A DNA stretch of 64,000 nucleotides from a virus. Shown here piece by piece: positions 62,682-64,000 of this stretch. The notes beneath the pieces were generated by a model, which saw only the letters and a list, made by a program, of their open reading frames with translations, did not search any database and was not told the origin of the DNA. Each line of letters opens with the position of its first letter. Positions within the stretch are counted from its first letter, which is position 1. The DNA lies in IMG/VR virus record IMGVR_UViG_3300026487_000004, positions 1 to 64,000 of that record; one strand, written 5' to 3'. The position numbers and the translations under genes are program-made.

Positions 62682-62846
62682 TTATTAACAGAATTAGAAT
62701 GCGAATATACTTTGTCGGAGCTTTACAACTTAACACAAATTGAGCAAGAAAGACAATTGACTAAAGAAGAAAGAGAAGATTATATAAAATATTACGATTT
62801 ATTAATCCTGAATAACGTTGAAATTCCTTTTGCTGTTGAAATATAA
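62679..62846 (+). CDS. hypothetical protein (55 aa)
   Basis: Start set at ATG 62679, which closes repeat A copy 2. The track ORF (GTG 62529) would read through repeats C and A. Confidence 0.5.
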   Translation: MLLTELECEYTLSELYNLTQIEQERQLTKEEREDYIKYYDLLILNNVEIPFAVEI

Positions 62847-62872
62847 ACAACAACCCATTACCCTAGATAATC

Positions 62873-62931
62873 AATCAAATCATTAACCAGGCTTATAACC
62901 TATAAAGTTTAAATATATTATGACTACTCAA
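62873..62931 (+). repeat. repeat B copy 2
   Basis: AATCAAATCATTAACCAGGCTTATAACCTATAAAGTTTAAATATATTATGACTACTCAA. Confidence 0.85.
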
Positions 62932-63180
62932 TCAATAGAATTTACACGCGTTAATAATGACGTAAATGGTAACCCTCGTTATGTATGCCACTTTGTTGAC
63001 TTATTACCTAAAAAATATTTAGGATTAACTATACACGCTCAATATGAATTAGCACTGAAAGAAGCTAAAAAGATTGGAGGTAGAAAGTATACCGGTAAAG
63101 ACTTCGGGGGCGGTATTGTATTCCAATCTTACAACATTGCTCAAACAGAGAAAGATATTTTAAACCTTGTTAACTCTTAA
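62920..63180 (+). CDS. hypothetical protein
   Basis: Begins MTTQSIEFTR, contains NGNPRYVCHF...GGRKYTGKDFGGGIVFQSY, ends LVNS. Confidence 0.55.
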   Translation: MTTQSIEFTRVNNDVNGNPRYVCHFVDLLPKKYLGLTIHAQYELALKEAKKIGGRKYTGKDFGGGIVFQSYNIAQTEKDILNLVNS

Positions 63181-63191
63181 TACTTACTACA

Positions 63192-63428
63192 ATGAAAACA
63201 TTCAAATTTAGCTTTATTGGAAGAATTAGCGGAGCAATCGGCATTTTTTATAAAATAAGAGATACTTATAAAGCAAATAGTTTAGGTGAGGCTCTTTATA
63301 TGCTTTATACAGATTACGAACACATAAGGCAATTATATTGCAATAATGAATATGTTTCAGATACAAAACTAATTAAATGTGATGTGCCTAAAAGGCAAAG
63401 GAATGAAAAAGGTGAATACATTAAATAA
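63192..63428 (+). CDS. hypothetical protein
   Basis: 78-aa ORF starting in the conserved junction TACTACAATGAA. Confidence 0.55.
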   Translation: MKTFKFSFIGRISGAIGIFYKIRDTYKANSLGEALYMLYTDYEHIRQLYCNNEYVSDTKLIKCDVPKRQRNEKGEYIK

Positions 63429-63595
63429 AGCCATTTAAACCCCTTTAACCTCTCAACCAACACAATACACATAAATAAAGTAACACTGTCTTAAATCGAT
63501 TAAAAACACGCTTAAATTAAAGATTAATACCCGCTTAGTTGACAGCAGTCTATGAATAAGCATAGATGTAGTGCAATTCTACGCTAAGCACAAAT

Positions 63596-63632
63596 AAACG
63601 TCTTATCAATCTGGCGTTTTAAAATAATGATT
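63596..63632 (+). repeat. repeat C copy 2
   Basis: Identical 37-mer to 62555-62591. Confidence 0.85.
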
Positions 63633-63879
63633 GACGCAATTTGGTAGTTATGCGGAACTACACATTAGAAATAATGAAAAATAATGACCAATCGAAAGTG
63701 ATTGTAGGCAGTAATAGTGCATAGCCGAATCAAAGAAGCACACAGCCAGCTAGATTGTAAGTATCAGCGTTATATGTAGGACTGTTAAAGTTGTAATGTA
63801 GCCCATTTTGGAAGGTTCTAAGCCCTTTAAATACAGAAGACAACTAAACTATTAACTAATTAATTAAACACGCTTAAAA

Positions 63880-64000
63880 ATGAGTTACGATATTTCATTA
63901 ATAAAAAAAATTGGCAATGTAAGTACAGAAATATTTTCAGTTAATATTACGTCAAATGTGAGAAGTATGTATAATGCCGCATTTAATACAGATTATTGGG
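63880..64000 (+). CDS. hypothetical protein (3' end outside window)
   Basis: ATG 63880, preceded by ACGCTTAAAA as in repeat A. Open to the window end (MSYDISLIKKIGNVSTEIFSVNITSNVRSMYNAAFNTDYW...). Confidence 0.45.
   Translation, partial: MSYDISLIKKIGNVSTEIFSVNITSNVRSMYNAAFNTDYW

Noticed and set aside
61044-63632. The right-arm repeats as a CRISPR array or mini-array.
   Set aside because: The repeats are of three different kinds, 37-63 nt long, irregularly spaced at kilobase scale, and contain start codons and junctions of genes. There is no repeat-spacer periodicity.

Overview
AT-rich window (about one-third G+C by eye, not computed). It reads as most of a tailed dsDNA phage genome, with no rRNA, CRISPR array, integrase or transposase seen. 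The host is probably Bacteroidota (Flavobacteriia-like): there are no Shine-Dalgarno sequences, signal peptides end in AQ, and intergenic TAnnTTTG -7-type boxes are present.

There are three transcription blocks.
1. 1-8400 (+): about 30 small, tightly coupled early-type genes. These include a DnaA-domain-IV-like HTH, a PD-(D/E)XK nuclease, an HNH endonuclease next to a terminase-fragment-like ORF, and an RHH protein.
2. 8427-58008 (-): one long block. In transcription order it holds:
- replication and recombination genes (RepL-like wHTH, HNH-AP2, DEDDh exonuclease, NinB-like, HNH, a frameshift-split MazG, DnaB-like helicase, replisome-organiser-like protein, XRE regulator);
- four tRNAs (Pro, Gln, His, Met) bracketed by terminators;
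- a Stealth-like transferase, a tandem GroES-like protein, TerL, an HNH, a two-domain glycosyltransferase, portal, scaffold and capsid;
- virion and tail proteins, including 1492-aa and 2016-aa giants (the latter polyvalent-like, with an ART-like module and an HExxH module);
- a beta-helix tailspike, fibre-like proteins with signal peptides, three polytopic membrane proteins, and a lysis cassette (amidase-SH3 endolysin, holin-like protein, unimolecular-spanin-like protein).
3. 58556-64000 (+): small genes separated by repeated intergenic modules and long ORF-free structured regions.

The most unusual sequence-level signals are:
- a family of minus-strand hairpin terminators sharing a TTAA-core hexaloop;
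- a promoter-to-terminator candidate sRNA upstream of the tRNAs;
- promoter/terminator-insulated single-gene units;
- portable 5' and 3' junction repeats flanking unrelated genes in the right arm;
- a C-rich, G-quadruplex-capable tract in the divergent control region.

All functional calls rest on motif recognition by eye and need profile or structure searches.
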